Part shown: piece by piece, positions 9,718 to 18,304 of the stretch
How positions within the stretch are numbered: the first letter of the stretch is position 1
Layout: every line of letters begins with the position of its first letter
Origin: Planctomycetota bacterium
GTDB lineage: Bacteria > Planctomycetota > PLA2 > JAEUHO01
Length of the DNA: 64,000 nt
Direction of reading: 5' to 3'
Assembly (NCBI GenBank): GCA_965223505.1
Contig: CBDCWP010000008.1
Span: forward strand, 110,560-174,559
Notes under the pieces: generated by a model
The model's input: the letters and a program-made list of their open reading frames with translations, nothing else
Database searches by the model: none
Told to the model about the DNA's origin: nothing
Translations under genes and position numbers: made by a program

Positions 9718-10834
9718 CCTGTTCGTCCTGACCGGACGCCACCTGCGCGTCGCGCTCCGGTCGCGCCTCGCGTGGGTGCTCGCGTTGGTGTTCATCGTGG
9801 CGGCGCACGCCGGCGTGATCCTCGTGCCCGACGCGTCGTCCGCCGCGGGGACGATCGCCGTGAGCGCGCTGCTCGCGCTCGTCTTCTTCGTGTTCTCCGT
9901 GTCGGCCGGCGCCGGCAACGTCCTGCCGGAAGACCGGCGCACCAAGGCCGACGAGTGGCTCGAGTGCCTCGCGCCCCCGGCCTGGAAGCACCGCTTGTCG
10001 TGCGTGGTCGCCGGGTGGGTCCTCTGCCTGGGCGTGGCGATCGTCGGCGGCGCCGTCGCCAGCGTCGTCACGTCGCTCTGGGCGTCCGACTTCACGGTGC
10101 GCGACGTGACCGCGGTCGACCTGGCGCAAGGCGCGCGGATCGCGCGTGCAGACGACGAGACGGGGCCCGGGGCACCGCGCGCGTTCGCCGTGCCCGGCGA
10201 CGGGGCGGGGCGCACGCTGGCGCTGTCCGTACGCCCCCGGCCGCGGGATCCGGCGCTGCTCGTCGATCGCGTCGACCTCGATTGGCGCGGCGACGACGGA
10301 TCGAGCGGCGCCGTGACGGTGTCGGTGTGGCAGACCATGCGCCTCGACGTGCCGGCGCGTGCGCGCTCGATCGAGCTGCGCAACCACTCCACCGACTGCG
10401 GGCTGTTCGTGAGGAGCAGCGAGGTGCTCGGACCGGCGCGTCCGCTGCCGCTCGGGCTCTTCTGGTTCGGACTGTGGACGGGACTCATGGGCGCCGCCGC
10501 CGTCCCCGTCGCGGTGTTCGTCTCGCGCTTCGCGTCGGGAGCGGTCGCGGGCGCGGCGGGCTTCAGCGTGCTCTTCTTCGGCGCGGTCAAGGCACCCATG
10601 TTGGAGCTGGCCGAGGCGCTCGCGGACGCGACCTGGGCGTCGGTCGTCTTGCAGACCGCGGCGCTCATGACGCCCGACATCGGCCTGTTGCGGCTCGTCG
10701 GCGCATACGCGGCGGGACGCTGGATGCCCGCGGACGCGTGGCGGGCGTTGCCGGGCGTACTCGGCTACGCGGCCGTCGGAACGGTGCTCGCGTGCGTGGC
10801 GTTGCCCGCGCGGTGGCGGGGGACGTCGGCATGA
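9710..10834 (+). CDS. ABC-2-type permease-like membrane protein with an inserted extracytoplasmic domain
   Basis: Multiple hydrophobic segments at both ends around a soluble beta-rich insert; overlaps the ATPase stop. Confidence 0.75.
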   Translation: MRDLFVLTGRHLRVALRSRLAWVLALVFIVAAHAGVILVPDASSAAGTIAVSALLALVFFVFSVSAGAGNVLPEDRRTKADEWLECLAPPAWKHRLSCVVAGWVLCLGVAIVGGAVASVVTSLWASDFTVRDVTAVDLAQGARIARADDETGPGAPRAFAVPGDGAGRTLALSVRPRPRDPALLVDRVDLDWRGDDGSSGAVTVSVWQTMRLDVPARARSIELRNHSTDCGLFVRSSEVLGPARPLPLGLFWFGLWTGLMGAAAVPVAVFVSRFASGAVAGAAGFSVLFFGAVKAPMLELAEALADATWASVVLQTAALMTPDIGLLRLVGAYAAGRWMPADAWRALPGVLGYAAVGTVLACVALPARWRGTSA

Positions 10835-12072
10835 GGTGGCGGTTCGCCCTCGCCGGCTGCGCATGTCTGCTGTTGGCGGCCTTCTCGGCGCCGATGTCGT
10901 CGAAGACCGGCGGTACGACGACGACCGCCGTCGGCCGCTCGATGGGCGGCATGCGCGTCGTGTTGATCGACGTCCTGTTCCTGCGGGCGGACGCGCTGAA
11001 GAAGGACGGCCGTCCCGAAGAGGCCGCGGCGTTGTACGAGACGATCATCGAGCTCGATCCAAAGAACGACGCGGCGGCCGTGCATCTGATCGACATCTAC
11101 GTGGACGACCTGCTTCGGCGCGAGGCCACGCTCGAGGGCCGCATGCACTGGTGGCGCAAAGCGCGCTCGCTGCTCGCCAAGGCGCTGGTGCTGAATCCCG
11201 AGTCCGCCCTCCTGCACTACCGCGCGTTCCAGCTCGTCTGGATCACGCCGGTGTCGCACCCCGATCTCGCGCAACCGTTGGCGCAGGAGATCGAACGACC
11301 GCGCTTCCTCGTGTTGTCGCATCTGCGCAAGGCCGCGCGACTCACGGACAACATTCCCACGCGCTGGCGCCTGCATCTGCGCGATCTCTCCGAGATCGCA
11401 CCCGCGTTCGCGGCCGAGGCGATCGGCGAGCAGCAGGCCGAGCTCTTCCAGGCCGCCGTCGCCGCGGGGTACGACCTGCTCGATCGCAGGCGCTCGACGC
11501 TGGGCAAGATGCTGCACGTGGTCGAGGTGCGCGGCCACAACATCGGCATACGTCGCGATCGCTTCCTCGAAGCGGGCCTGCAGACCGTGGCCGCGGTGCG
11601 CGAGGCCCTCGGCGCGTCCGATCATCGACGCGCGTGGGAGGTCGTCCGGCAGTACGAGCGGTTCGTCGGTAGCAGCAACGCCCTCGGCATCCTGGAAACG
11701 CTGCTGCTCCGCAGCCTGGCCGAAGCGGTCTTCGCGGGGCTGGGCGGCACGGAGCGCCGCGACGTGAACCTCGACATGGCGTCGCGGCTGGCGACGAAGG
11801 TCGCGGCGAAGGCCCTGGCGTACGAAAAGGACGCCGTTCGCGACGAGGCGCTGCGCATCGGGGACGCCCTGTTGGAAAGGCGCGGCGCTCAGCTGGGTGA
11901 GCGCGCCGCCGTGCTGAAGGCGGGTTTGGAGGCCGTCCGTGCGTTGATCCCCACCGAGACGGAGGCGTCCGCACAGCGCGAGATCGTGGACCGCTACGCG
12001 GACGGCGGCGATCCCGAGGTGCTGCCGCTCCTGCGCTGGATCGTCGATCGGCGGCTCATTCCTGCACCCTAG
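10831..12072 (+). CDS. Membrane-anchored or exported TPR-like helical protein
   Basis: ATGA overlap with the permease; N-terminal hydrophobic segment MRWRFALAGCACLLLAAFSA; GGMRVVLIDVLFLRA followed by TPR-like repeats (IIELDPKN, ALVLNPES). Confidence 0.75.
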   Translation: MRWRFALAGCACLLLAAFSAPMSSKTGGTTTTAVGRSMGGMRVVLIDVLFLRADALKKDGRPEEAAALYETIIELDPKNDAAAVHLIDIYVDDLLRREATLEGRMHWWRKARSLLAKALVLNPESALLHYRAFQLVWITPVSHPDLAQPLAQEIERPRFLVLSHLRKAARLTDNIPTRWRLHLRDLSEIAPAFAAEAIGEQQAELFQAAVAAGYDLLDRRRSTLGKMLHVVEVRGHNIGIRRDRFLEAGLQTVAAVREALGASDHRRAWEVVRQYERFVGSSNALGILETLLLRSLAEAVFAGLGGTERRDVNLDMASRLATKVAAKALAYEKDAVRDEALRIGDALLERRGAQLGERAAVLKAGLEAVRALIPTETEASAQREIVDRYADGGDPEVLPLLRWIVDRRLIPAP

Positions 12073-12119
12073 CCCACCGTTCCACTACCCTCCGGGGTCC
12101 GAGAACGGAAACCGAACCG

Positions 12120-12542
12120 ATGTCCGAGAACGAGTCCAAGTCCGTCGAAGCACTTGTGCGGAAGGTCGCCGCCCTGTGCGCCGAGAAGCGAGGTGAGAAC
12201 GTCGTCGCGCTCGACGTGCGCGGTCTCGTGGACTACATGGACTTCCTGTTGGTCGTGACCGGCCGCGGGCCGCGGCAGAACCGCGCGATCTCCGAGCACG
12301 TGATCACGTGCATGAAACGCGAAGACATGCTGCCCCTGTCGCGCTCCGGCCACGACGGCGGGACGTGGATCTGCCTCGACTACGTGGACTTCGTCGTGCA
12401 CATCTTCGACGACGAGACGCGCGAGCACTACGACCTCGAGCTCTTGTGGGCCGACGCGAAGCCGCTCGCGCTGGAATTGCCCGATGCCGTCGCGGCCGAA
12501 GAAACCGAGCCCGCCGAGGAAGGCGTCATCGAGCCGCCGTAG
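12120..12542 (+). CDS. rsfS: Ribosome silencing factor (RsfS/Iojap)
   Basis: EKRGENVVALDV, DFLLVVTG, WICLDYVDFVVHIF...REHYDLELLWADA. Confidence 0.95.
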   Translation: MSENESKSVEALVRKVAALCAEKRGENVVALDVRGLVDYMDFLLVVTGRGPRQNRAISEHVITCMKREDMLPLSRSGHDGGTWICLDYVDFVVHIFDDETREHYDLELLWADAKPLALELPDAVAAEETEPAEEGVIEPP

Positions 12543-12602
12543 AGGCAGGCCTGAGAGGCAGTCGATGACCACGGCGTCTAGAACGACTCGATGGAGCGGC
12601 GC

Positions 12603-13214
12603 CTAGAGCGACTCGATGGCGTTGAACTCGTCGAAGTCGACGACCCCGTCGCGGTTGGCGTCGGCACGCGAGATGGATCCGCCGAAGCGCTTGGCTTCCT
12701 CCATCTGCAGCAGGCCGTCGCCGTTGCGGTCGAGGTTTTCGAAGGCGATCTGCCGCTCCGACGTGGGCTCGAGCGTCACCATCTCGACGGTGTCGAAGAT
12801 CGCGCCGACGTTGTTCTCCAGCGTACCGGTGCCGACGTCGACCTCCTTGAAGCCGAAGTTGCGCTGCGGCTCGTAGCGGACCGCGCGGCCCATCGAGTCG
12901 ATGTGGCCGAGCTGCTCGTTGCGGTTGAGGCTGGTCACCGTGTACATCCGGAACCGGGGACCGCCGCGCATCTGGCGGTACTCCTTCTCGACGACGTAGC
13001 CGGCGTGGCGCGGCGGCGCCAGCACCAACGACTGCGCGATCTTCACCTTCCAGATCTTGGTATCGTCGCTGACCATCCAGTCGCCGCGGTCCAGCCGCGA
13101 GGCGATCTCGTCGCACGTCGTCGGCCCGCAGGGCCCGCAGGGGCCGCCAGGTTGTGTGGCGCAGCCGGTCACGGCCAGCGCGATGAGCGCGGCAAGGCAG
13201 ATCGGATACCTCAT
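12603..13214 (-). CDS. Lipoprotein with C-terminal EF-hand pair
   Basis: Lipobox AVTG-C; EF-hand loops DRNGDGLLQMEE and DANRDGVVDFDE. Confidence 0.8.
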   Translation of the reverse strand: MRYPICLAALIALAVTGCATQPGGPCGPCGPTTCDEIASRLDRGDWMVSDDTKIWKVKIAQSLVLAPPRHAGYVVEKEYRQMRGGPRFRMYTVTSLNRNEQLGHIDSMGRAVRYEPQRNFGFKEVDVGTGTLENNVGAIFDTVEMVTLEPTSERQIAFENLDRNGDGLLQMEEAKRFGGSISRADANRDGVVDFDEFNAIESL

Positions 13215-13309
13215 TGAAGCGCGGTCCCTCCCGAGCGAACGGAGCGTAGGATAGCGCCTTCCTTCCGGGTGCGACAAGCATCCGGGCGGGTCGCGGGGGT
13301 GCGGCGCAC

Positions 13310-15316
13310 GTGTCGAGTTCCGGTTCGCCTGACGACGTCGATCATCTCCTCGCGCCCAAAGGGCCCATCGCGCGTGCCTTCTCGGACGGCGGCGGCGAGT
13401 TCGAGGAACGCCCGCAGCAGCTTCAGATGGCGCGCGCGGTCCAAGCGGCTCTGTCATCGGGGCGTCATGCGTTGATCGAGGGCGGAACCGGGGTGGGCAA
13501 GTCCTTCGCGTATCTCGTTCCCGCGTTGAGCTGGGCGGCGCGAACGGGCGGCAAGGTCGCGGTCGCCACCAGCACGATCGCGCTGCAGGAGCAGCTCGTT
13601 CAAAAGGACCTGCCGCGCCTCGCGGCGTCCTTGCCGTTCGACGTGTCCTTCGCGCTGGTCAAGGGGCGCGGCAACTATCTGTGCACGCGCCGGCTGCATC
13701 GCGCGCTCGCGGAGACCGGCTCGCTCTTCGACGGGGACGAAGCGCGCGAGCAGCTCGCGTCCATCCTCCGCTGGTCCGCGGTGACGAAGGAGGGCGCGCG
13801 CCAGGATCTGCCGTTCCGTCCGCTTCCGTCGGTGTGGGAGTCGGTGCGCGCCGAGCAGGGCAACTGCCTCGGCCGCGCATGCGCGTTCTATGCGGGCTGC
13901 CACTATCAGCGTTCGCGGCGGCGCGCGCACACCGTCAACCTGCTGGTGCTGAATCACCACGTGCTGCTCGCGGACCTGGCGCTTCGGCGTTCGGGCGCAT
14001 CGTTCCTGCCGGACATCGACGTCGTGGTCGTGGACGAAGCGCACGACTTCGAGGACACGGCCGCCGAGCACCTCGGACTGCGCGTGTCGTCGCTCGGCAT
14101 GCTGCATCAGCTCGGCCGGCTCTGGAACCCGACGCGCAGGACCGGTCTCCTCCACGGTGACGCCGGGGAACGCCTGCGCGCCGCGGTGACGCGCACGCGC
14201 AAGGCGGCGCGGGCGTACTTCGCCGACGCGGCGGCGCAGCTGCCCGAGGAGCGTAGCCGCGGCACCGTGGAGCTGCCCGCGGACTTCACGCTGCCCGCGT
14301 CGTTCGCCGTCCAGCTCAACGAGCTCGCGGGCGCCGTCGCCGAGTGGAGCCGCGGGGTGAACGACATGGAGCAGTCCATGGAGCTCGGCGCGCGCGCGCG
14401 CGGACTCGGCGAAGCCGCGGGCGCGCTGGAGACGGTGGTCCAGGCGAGCGAAGAAGGGTTCGTTCGATGGGCCGAGGTCCGTCCCGGCGCGCGCGGCACG
14501 CAGGCGATGACGCTCGTACGGTCGCCGATCGACGTCGGGCCCGCCCTCGACGAGGTGCTGTGGAGCAAGCACGCGTCGGTGATTCTCACCAGCGCCACGC
14601 TGACGACGGGAAAGCCGGCTTCGTTCGACTTCATGCGCCGGCGCCTCGGTCTCGATGCGCCGGAGATGCTGTCCGTCGGCAGCCCGTTCGAGTATCGCCG
14701 CCAGGCGCGGCTGGTCCTGCGCACCGACCTACCCGACCCGGGCGCGAACGCGCGCGGCTACGAGGACGCGCTGTGCGACGCGGTGTTCGATGCGGTCCGG
14801 CGCACCGACGGCGGCGCGTTCGTGCTGTTCACCGCGTACGGCGCCATGCGCCGCACGGTCGAGGCGCTGCGCGACCGGCTCGAGGCCGCCGACCTCACGG
14901 TGCTCGTGCAGGGCGAGGACCTCGAGCGCAGTGCGCTGCTCGACCGCTTCCGCGAGGGCGGTTGCGTGCTCTTCGGCGTGTCGTCGTTCTGGCAGGGCGT
15001 GGACGTGCCCGGCGACGCGCTGCGCCACGTCGTCATCGCCCGGCTGCCGTTCGAGGTGCCGACGCATCCGCTGCAACGCGCGCGCAGCGATCACGTCTCG
15101 TCGGCCGGGGGCGATCCGTTTCGCGACCTCGCGGTGCCCCAAGCGGCGCTGCGCCTCAAGCAGGGGTTCGGCCGGTTGATCCGTCGCTCGGACGACTCGG
15201 GTGTCGTCACGATTCTCGACCCGCGTATCGTGCGCAAGTCCTACGGCCGTGTGCTGTTGGACAGCTTGCCGGAGTGCCCGGTCGAGCTCGTACCCGACGA
15301 GGGGCAGTCGATCTGA
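13310..15316 (+). CDS. DinG/YoaA-family ATP-dependent Fe-S helicase
   Basis: Q motif RPQQ, Walker A GTGVGKS, TIALQEQL, KGRGNYLC plus CLGRAC.....C Fe-S cysteines, DEAH, TSATL, FWQGVDVPG, LKQGFGRLIR. Confidence 0.93.
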   Translation: MSSSGSPDDVDHLLAPKGPIARAFSDGGGEFEERPQQLQMARAVQAALSSGRHALIEGGTGVGKSFAYLVPALSWAARTGGKVAVATSTIALQEQLVQKDLPRLAASLPFDVSFALVKGRGNYLCTRRLHRALAETGSLFDGDEAREQLASILRWSAVTKEGARQDLPFRPLPSVWESVRAEQGNCLGRACAFYAGCHYQRSRRRAHTVNLLVLNHHVLLADLALRRSGASFLPDIDVVVVDEAHDFEDTAAEHLGLRVSSLGMLHQLGRLWNPTRRTGLLHGDAGERLRAAVTRTRKAARAYFADAAAQLPEERSRGTVELPADFTLPASFAVQLNELAGAVAEWSRGVNDMEQSMELGARARGLGEAAGALETVVQASEEGFVRWAEVRPGARGTQAMTLVRSPIDVGPALDEVLWSKHASVILTSATLTTGKPASFDFMRRRLGLDAPEMLSVGSPFEYRRQARLVLRTDLPDPGANARGYEDALCDAVFDAVRRTDGGAFVLFTAYGAMRRTVEALRDRLEAADLTVLVQGEDLERSALLDRFREGGCVLFGVSSFWQGVDVPGDALRHVVIARLPFEVPTHPLQRARSDHVSSAGGDPFRDLAVPQAALRLKQGFGRLIRRSDDSGVVTILDPRIVRKSYGRVLLDSLPECPVELVPDEGQSI

Positions 15317-15750
15317 TGAAGGTCACGACGTACACCGAAGCCGAGCCGGTCGCATCGAGCGTGCTGCTGCGCGTGGTGATGTGCGTCGACGTCGTGCTCG
15401 CGCTGTGGTTCACCGCGTACTGGTGGGACGAGCAATCGCAAGGCGTCCATCCGATGCTGCTCGCGCTCTTGGCGGTCTTCGGCGCGCTCGTCGTCTTGAC
15501 GAGCATCGGCTGCTTGGGCCTGCGCGCTGCGGCGATGGTCTGGAGGCGCCGGCTCGGCTTGATCGCCGTCATCATCGTGATCTGGCGCGGCGGCGCCCAC
15601 AGCCCGATCTTCTTTCAGTGCGTGGTCCTGTTCTGGAACGCGTTCATCTGGATCGTGCTGTTGCTCGAAGCGCGGCGCGTGGCGCACATCGTCTCCGAGG
15701 CGACCGGCGAAGAGGTTCTCCAGGCCGACCCGGAGCGTCCGGACCGCTAG
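15316..15750 (+). CDS. Hypothetical membrane protein (about 4 TM segments)
   Basis: TGATG coupling to the helicase; four hydrophobic segments. Confidence 0.75.
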   Translation: MKVTTYTEAEPVASSVLLRVVMCVDVVLALWFTAYWWDEQSQGVHPMLLALLAVFGALVVLTSIGCLGLRAAAMVWRRRLGLIAVIIVIWRGGAHSPIFFQCVVLFWNAFIWIVLLLEARRVAHIVSEATGEEVLQADPERPDR

Positions 15751-15763
15751 GCCTTGCCCGCGG

Positions 15764-16993
15764 CTACGGCGAGAACTCGACCGCACCGACGTCGGCGTTG
15801 CCGTCGCCGAAGCGGCTCACCGACCGTTGGTCCAGGAAGAGCGGCAGTCCGTTCTCGTCCAGGCACTGGGCGTGCGGCACGGCGTTGTTGGCGGGGCTGC
15901 CGAGCAGGGGAGAGCGCGAGTAGGTGTCGCCGACCTGCTGCAGCGGGCCGAGCAGCGGACCGAGCGGCGCGCCCGAGTCCCCGACCATGTTGCCGTTCAC
16001 GCCGTCCACGATCGCGCCGACGTCCAAGCTGCCGATCAGGTTGTAGGACGCGTTGGTCGCCCAGACGATCGACGGCGCGAAGTCGGGCCGTAGCGGGCAG
16101 TTGTTGTCGGCGATGATCGTCTGCCGCACGGTGAACGTGCCCTCTCCGCCCTCGGTGCCGAGCATCACCCCGCCCCCGACCTCCGCCGCGCTGTTGCCGG
16201 TAATCGTGCAGCCGAAAAGGCCGAGCTCGCCCCCGGAGACCATCGCGATGGCCACGATGCCTCCGCCGTCGTCGTTCGGCGTGCCGCCGAGCGCGGTGTT
16301 GCCGTGCACGGTCGTGCTGCGCGCGGTCAACGACCCGCCAAGCATCACGACACCGCCGCCCGGGCCGTTGGTCGCGGCATTGACGCGCAGCGAGGAGTTG
16401 GTGATCAGGGTTTCGCACAGAAGCAGGTACAGCCCTCCGCCGTGCTGGGCGTTACACCCCGCGACGTCGCATCGATCCAGGTGCAGCTCGGAGGCGGCGG
16501 CCTGAATCGCGCCTCCGCTGAGGCCCGCGATCGCGTTCGTGATCCGGACGCGCGACAGGACGACGGACGAATTGCCGACGTGCATCGCGCCGCCCGTGCC
16601 GGGCGCCTCGCAGTCGTTGAGCCACAGCCCCTCGAGGCGCACGAACGGCGCGCCGTCGATGAAGAACGCGCGGTCGCCGTTGTCGAGGAACAGCTCGGTC
16701 TGCACGCCGTCCGGACCGCCGGTGATGCGAATCGACTTCTCGATCTCGATCTGCGACATCAGGAAGACGCTGCCGCCCTGGATCGCGGGGTCGAACGTGA
16801 CGAGCGCGCCGGGCAGCGCGTCCGCAACGACCTGCCGAAGCGATCCCGGGCCGTCGTCGTTCAGGTTCGTGACCTGCACGATCTGCGTGATCGGCGGACC
16901 GCCGTCTGCGGCGGTTCCGGGGCCGCCGCTCGAGCCGCAGCCCGACAGGACGAATCCGGCGACACAGATGATGACCCAGCGCGTGGCAGCCAT
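15764..16993 (-). CDS. Lipoprotein with right-handed beta-helix (Pmp-like GGAI repeats) and choice-of-anchor Q-like C-terminus
   Basis: Lipobox VLSG-C; VTNLNDDGPGSLRQ; repeated N.A..GGA[IM]/GGG[LVI]; C-terminal LGPL...GSPANNA...DQR...DVGAVE. Confidence 0.8.
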   Translation of the reverse strand: MAATRWVIICVAGFVLSGCGSSGGPGTAADGGPPITQIVQVTNLNDDGPGSLRQVVADALPGALVTFDPAIQGGSVFLMSQIEIEKSIRITGGPDGVQTELFLDNGDRAFFIDGAPFVRLEGLWLNDCEAPGTGGAMHVGNSSVVLSRVRITNAIAGLSGGAIQAAASELHLDRCDVAGCNAQHGGGLYLLLCETLITNSSLRVNAATNGPGGGVVMLGGSLTARSTTVHGNTALGGTPNDDGGGIVAIAMVSGGELGLFGCTITGNSAAEVGGGVMLGTEGGEGTFTVRQTIIADNNCPLRPDFAPSIVWATNASYNLIGSLDVGAIVDGVNGNMVGDSGAPLGPLLGPLQQVGDTYSRSPLLGSPANNAVPHAQCLDENGLPLFLDQRSVSRFGDGNADVGAVEFSP

Positions 16994-17097
16994 GGCGACG
17001 TCTCCCGTACGCAGCGCGCGCCGTTCACGGCGCGCGCCCTACGTGGAGGTAGTCGCGAAGGCGCGCCCGAATTGCCGGGCGCGTTCCCGACGGGCCG

Positions 17098-18153
17098 CTA
17101 CGCGGTCGCGGTGGCCCGGTCCAAGCGCTCTTGGGCCAGCCGGTTCGAGGCCTCGTTCGTGCTGATGTCGTCGCGCTTCGCGATCTCGAAGACGCGCTTC
17201 ATGGCGTGGTAGATGTTCTCCACCTTCGCGCGCGCGCGATCCTCGTCGTAGCCCGTCGGCTCGACCTCGATCGACACGTTGATGATGCCGCCGGCGTTGA
17301 TGACGTAGTCCGGCGCGTACAGGATCCCGGCTTCCTTGAGGCGGTCACCGTGGTCCTCGCGCAGGAGGATGTTGTTCGCGGCGCCCGCGATGATCTTCGT
17401 GTCGAGCTTCGGGAGGCTGTCGTCGTTGACGACCGCGCCCAGCGCGCACGGCGCCAGCACGTCGCACTCGACGAAGAGGATGTCGCCTGGATCGACGATC
17501 TCCGCGCCCGTCTCCGCGGCGACGTCGGCCACCTTGTCGGCGCCGATGTCGGCGATCATGAGCTTCGCGCCCGCTTCGGCGAGGTGCTGGCAGAGGTACT
17601 TGCCGACGTGGCCGACGCCCTGCACCGCAACCGTTCGGCCGCTGAAGTCGTCGGAGCCGAACACCTCCTCGAGGCACGCCTTGATGCCGAGGAAGGTGCC
17701 GAGCGCGGTCCACGGCGACGGATCACCGCTCGATCCCATGGCCTTCGGAAGCCCCGTGACCCACTTGGTCTTCTCGCGGACCTGCACCATGTCCTCGACC
17801 GTCGTGCCGACGTCCTCCGCGGTGATGTACTTGCCCTCTTGCGCGTCGACGAACGCGCCCATTGCGTTGAAGAGCGCCTCGGACTTGTCCGTCTTCGGGT
17901 TGCCGATGATGACGCTCTTGCCGCCGCCCAGTCCGGTGTCGGCGACGGCGGACTTGTACGTCATGCCCTTCGACAGACGCAGGACGTCGAAGATCGCATC
18001 GTCCCAGGAGGCGTACGGCCACATGCGAAGACCACCGAGTGCGGGGCCCAAGGTCGTGTTGTGAATCGCGATGACCGCTCGAAGACCCGACTCCTTGTCT
18101 TCGCACTTCACGACGCGTTCGTATCCCTCTTGCGGAATGACCTCGATGTCCAT
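17098..18153 (-). CDS. Glu/Leu/Phe/Val dehydrogenase (leucine dehydrogenase-like)
   Basis: IAIHNTTLGPALGGLRM, LRLSKGMTYK, GGGKSVI, YITAEDVGT, GDPSPWTA, QGVGHVG, PCALG, GAANN, APDYVINAGG. Confidence 0.93.
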   Translation of the reverse strand: MDIEVIPQEGYERVVKCEDKESGLRAVIAIHNTTLGPALGGLRMWPYASWDDAIFDVLRLSKGMTYKSAVADTGLGGGKSVIIGNPKTDKSEALFNAMGAFVDAQEGKYITAEDVGTTVEDMVQVREKTKWVTGLPKAMGSSGDPSPWTALGTFLGIKACLEEVFGSDDFSGRTVAVQGVGHVGKYLCQHLAEAGAKLMIADIGADKVADVAAETGAEIVDPGDILFVECDVLAPCALGAVVNDDSLPKLDTKIIAGAANNILLREDHGDRLKEAGILYAPDYVINAGGIINVSIEVEPTGYDEDRARAKVENIYHAMKRVFEIAKRDDISTNEASNRLAQERLDRATATA

Positions 18154-18304
18154 TGATGCGCGTCTCCGATCGAAATAGGGGGGCGTACGGTATCCGGTGG
18201 CGGCGCGAGCGCAGAGAAATGTCCGCATCGGCGTCGCGCCGCACCGGCGCGGATCATACGCGCTAACTCCCTGTCGCGCAGCATCTTAGATTCCGAGGGG
18301 GGCG

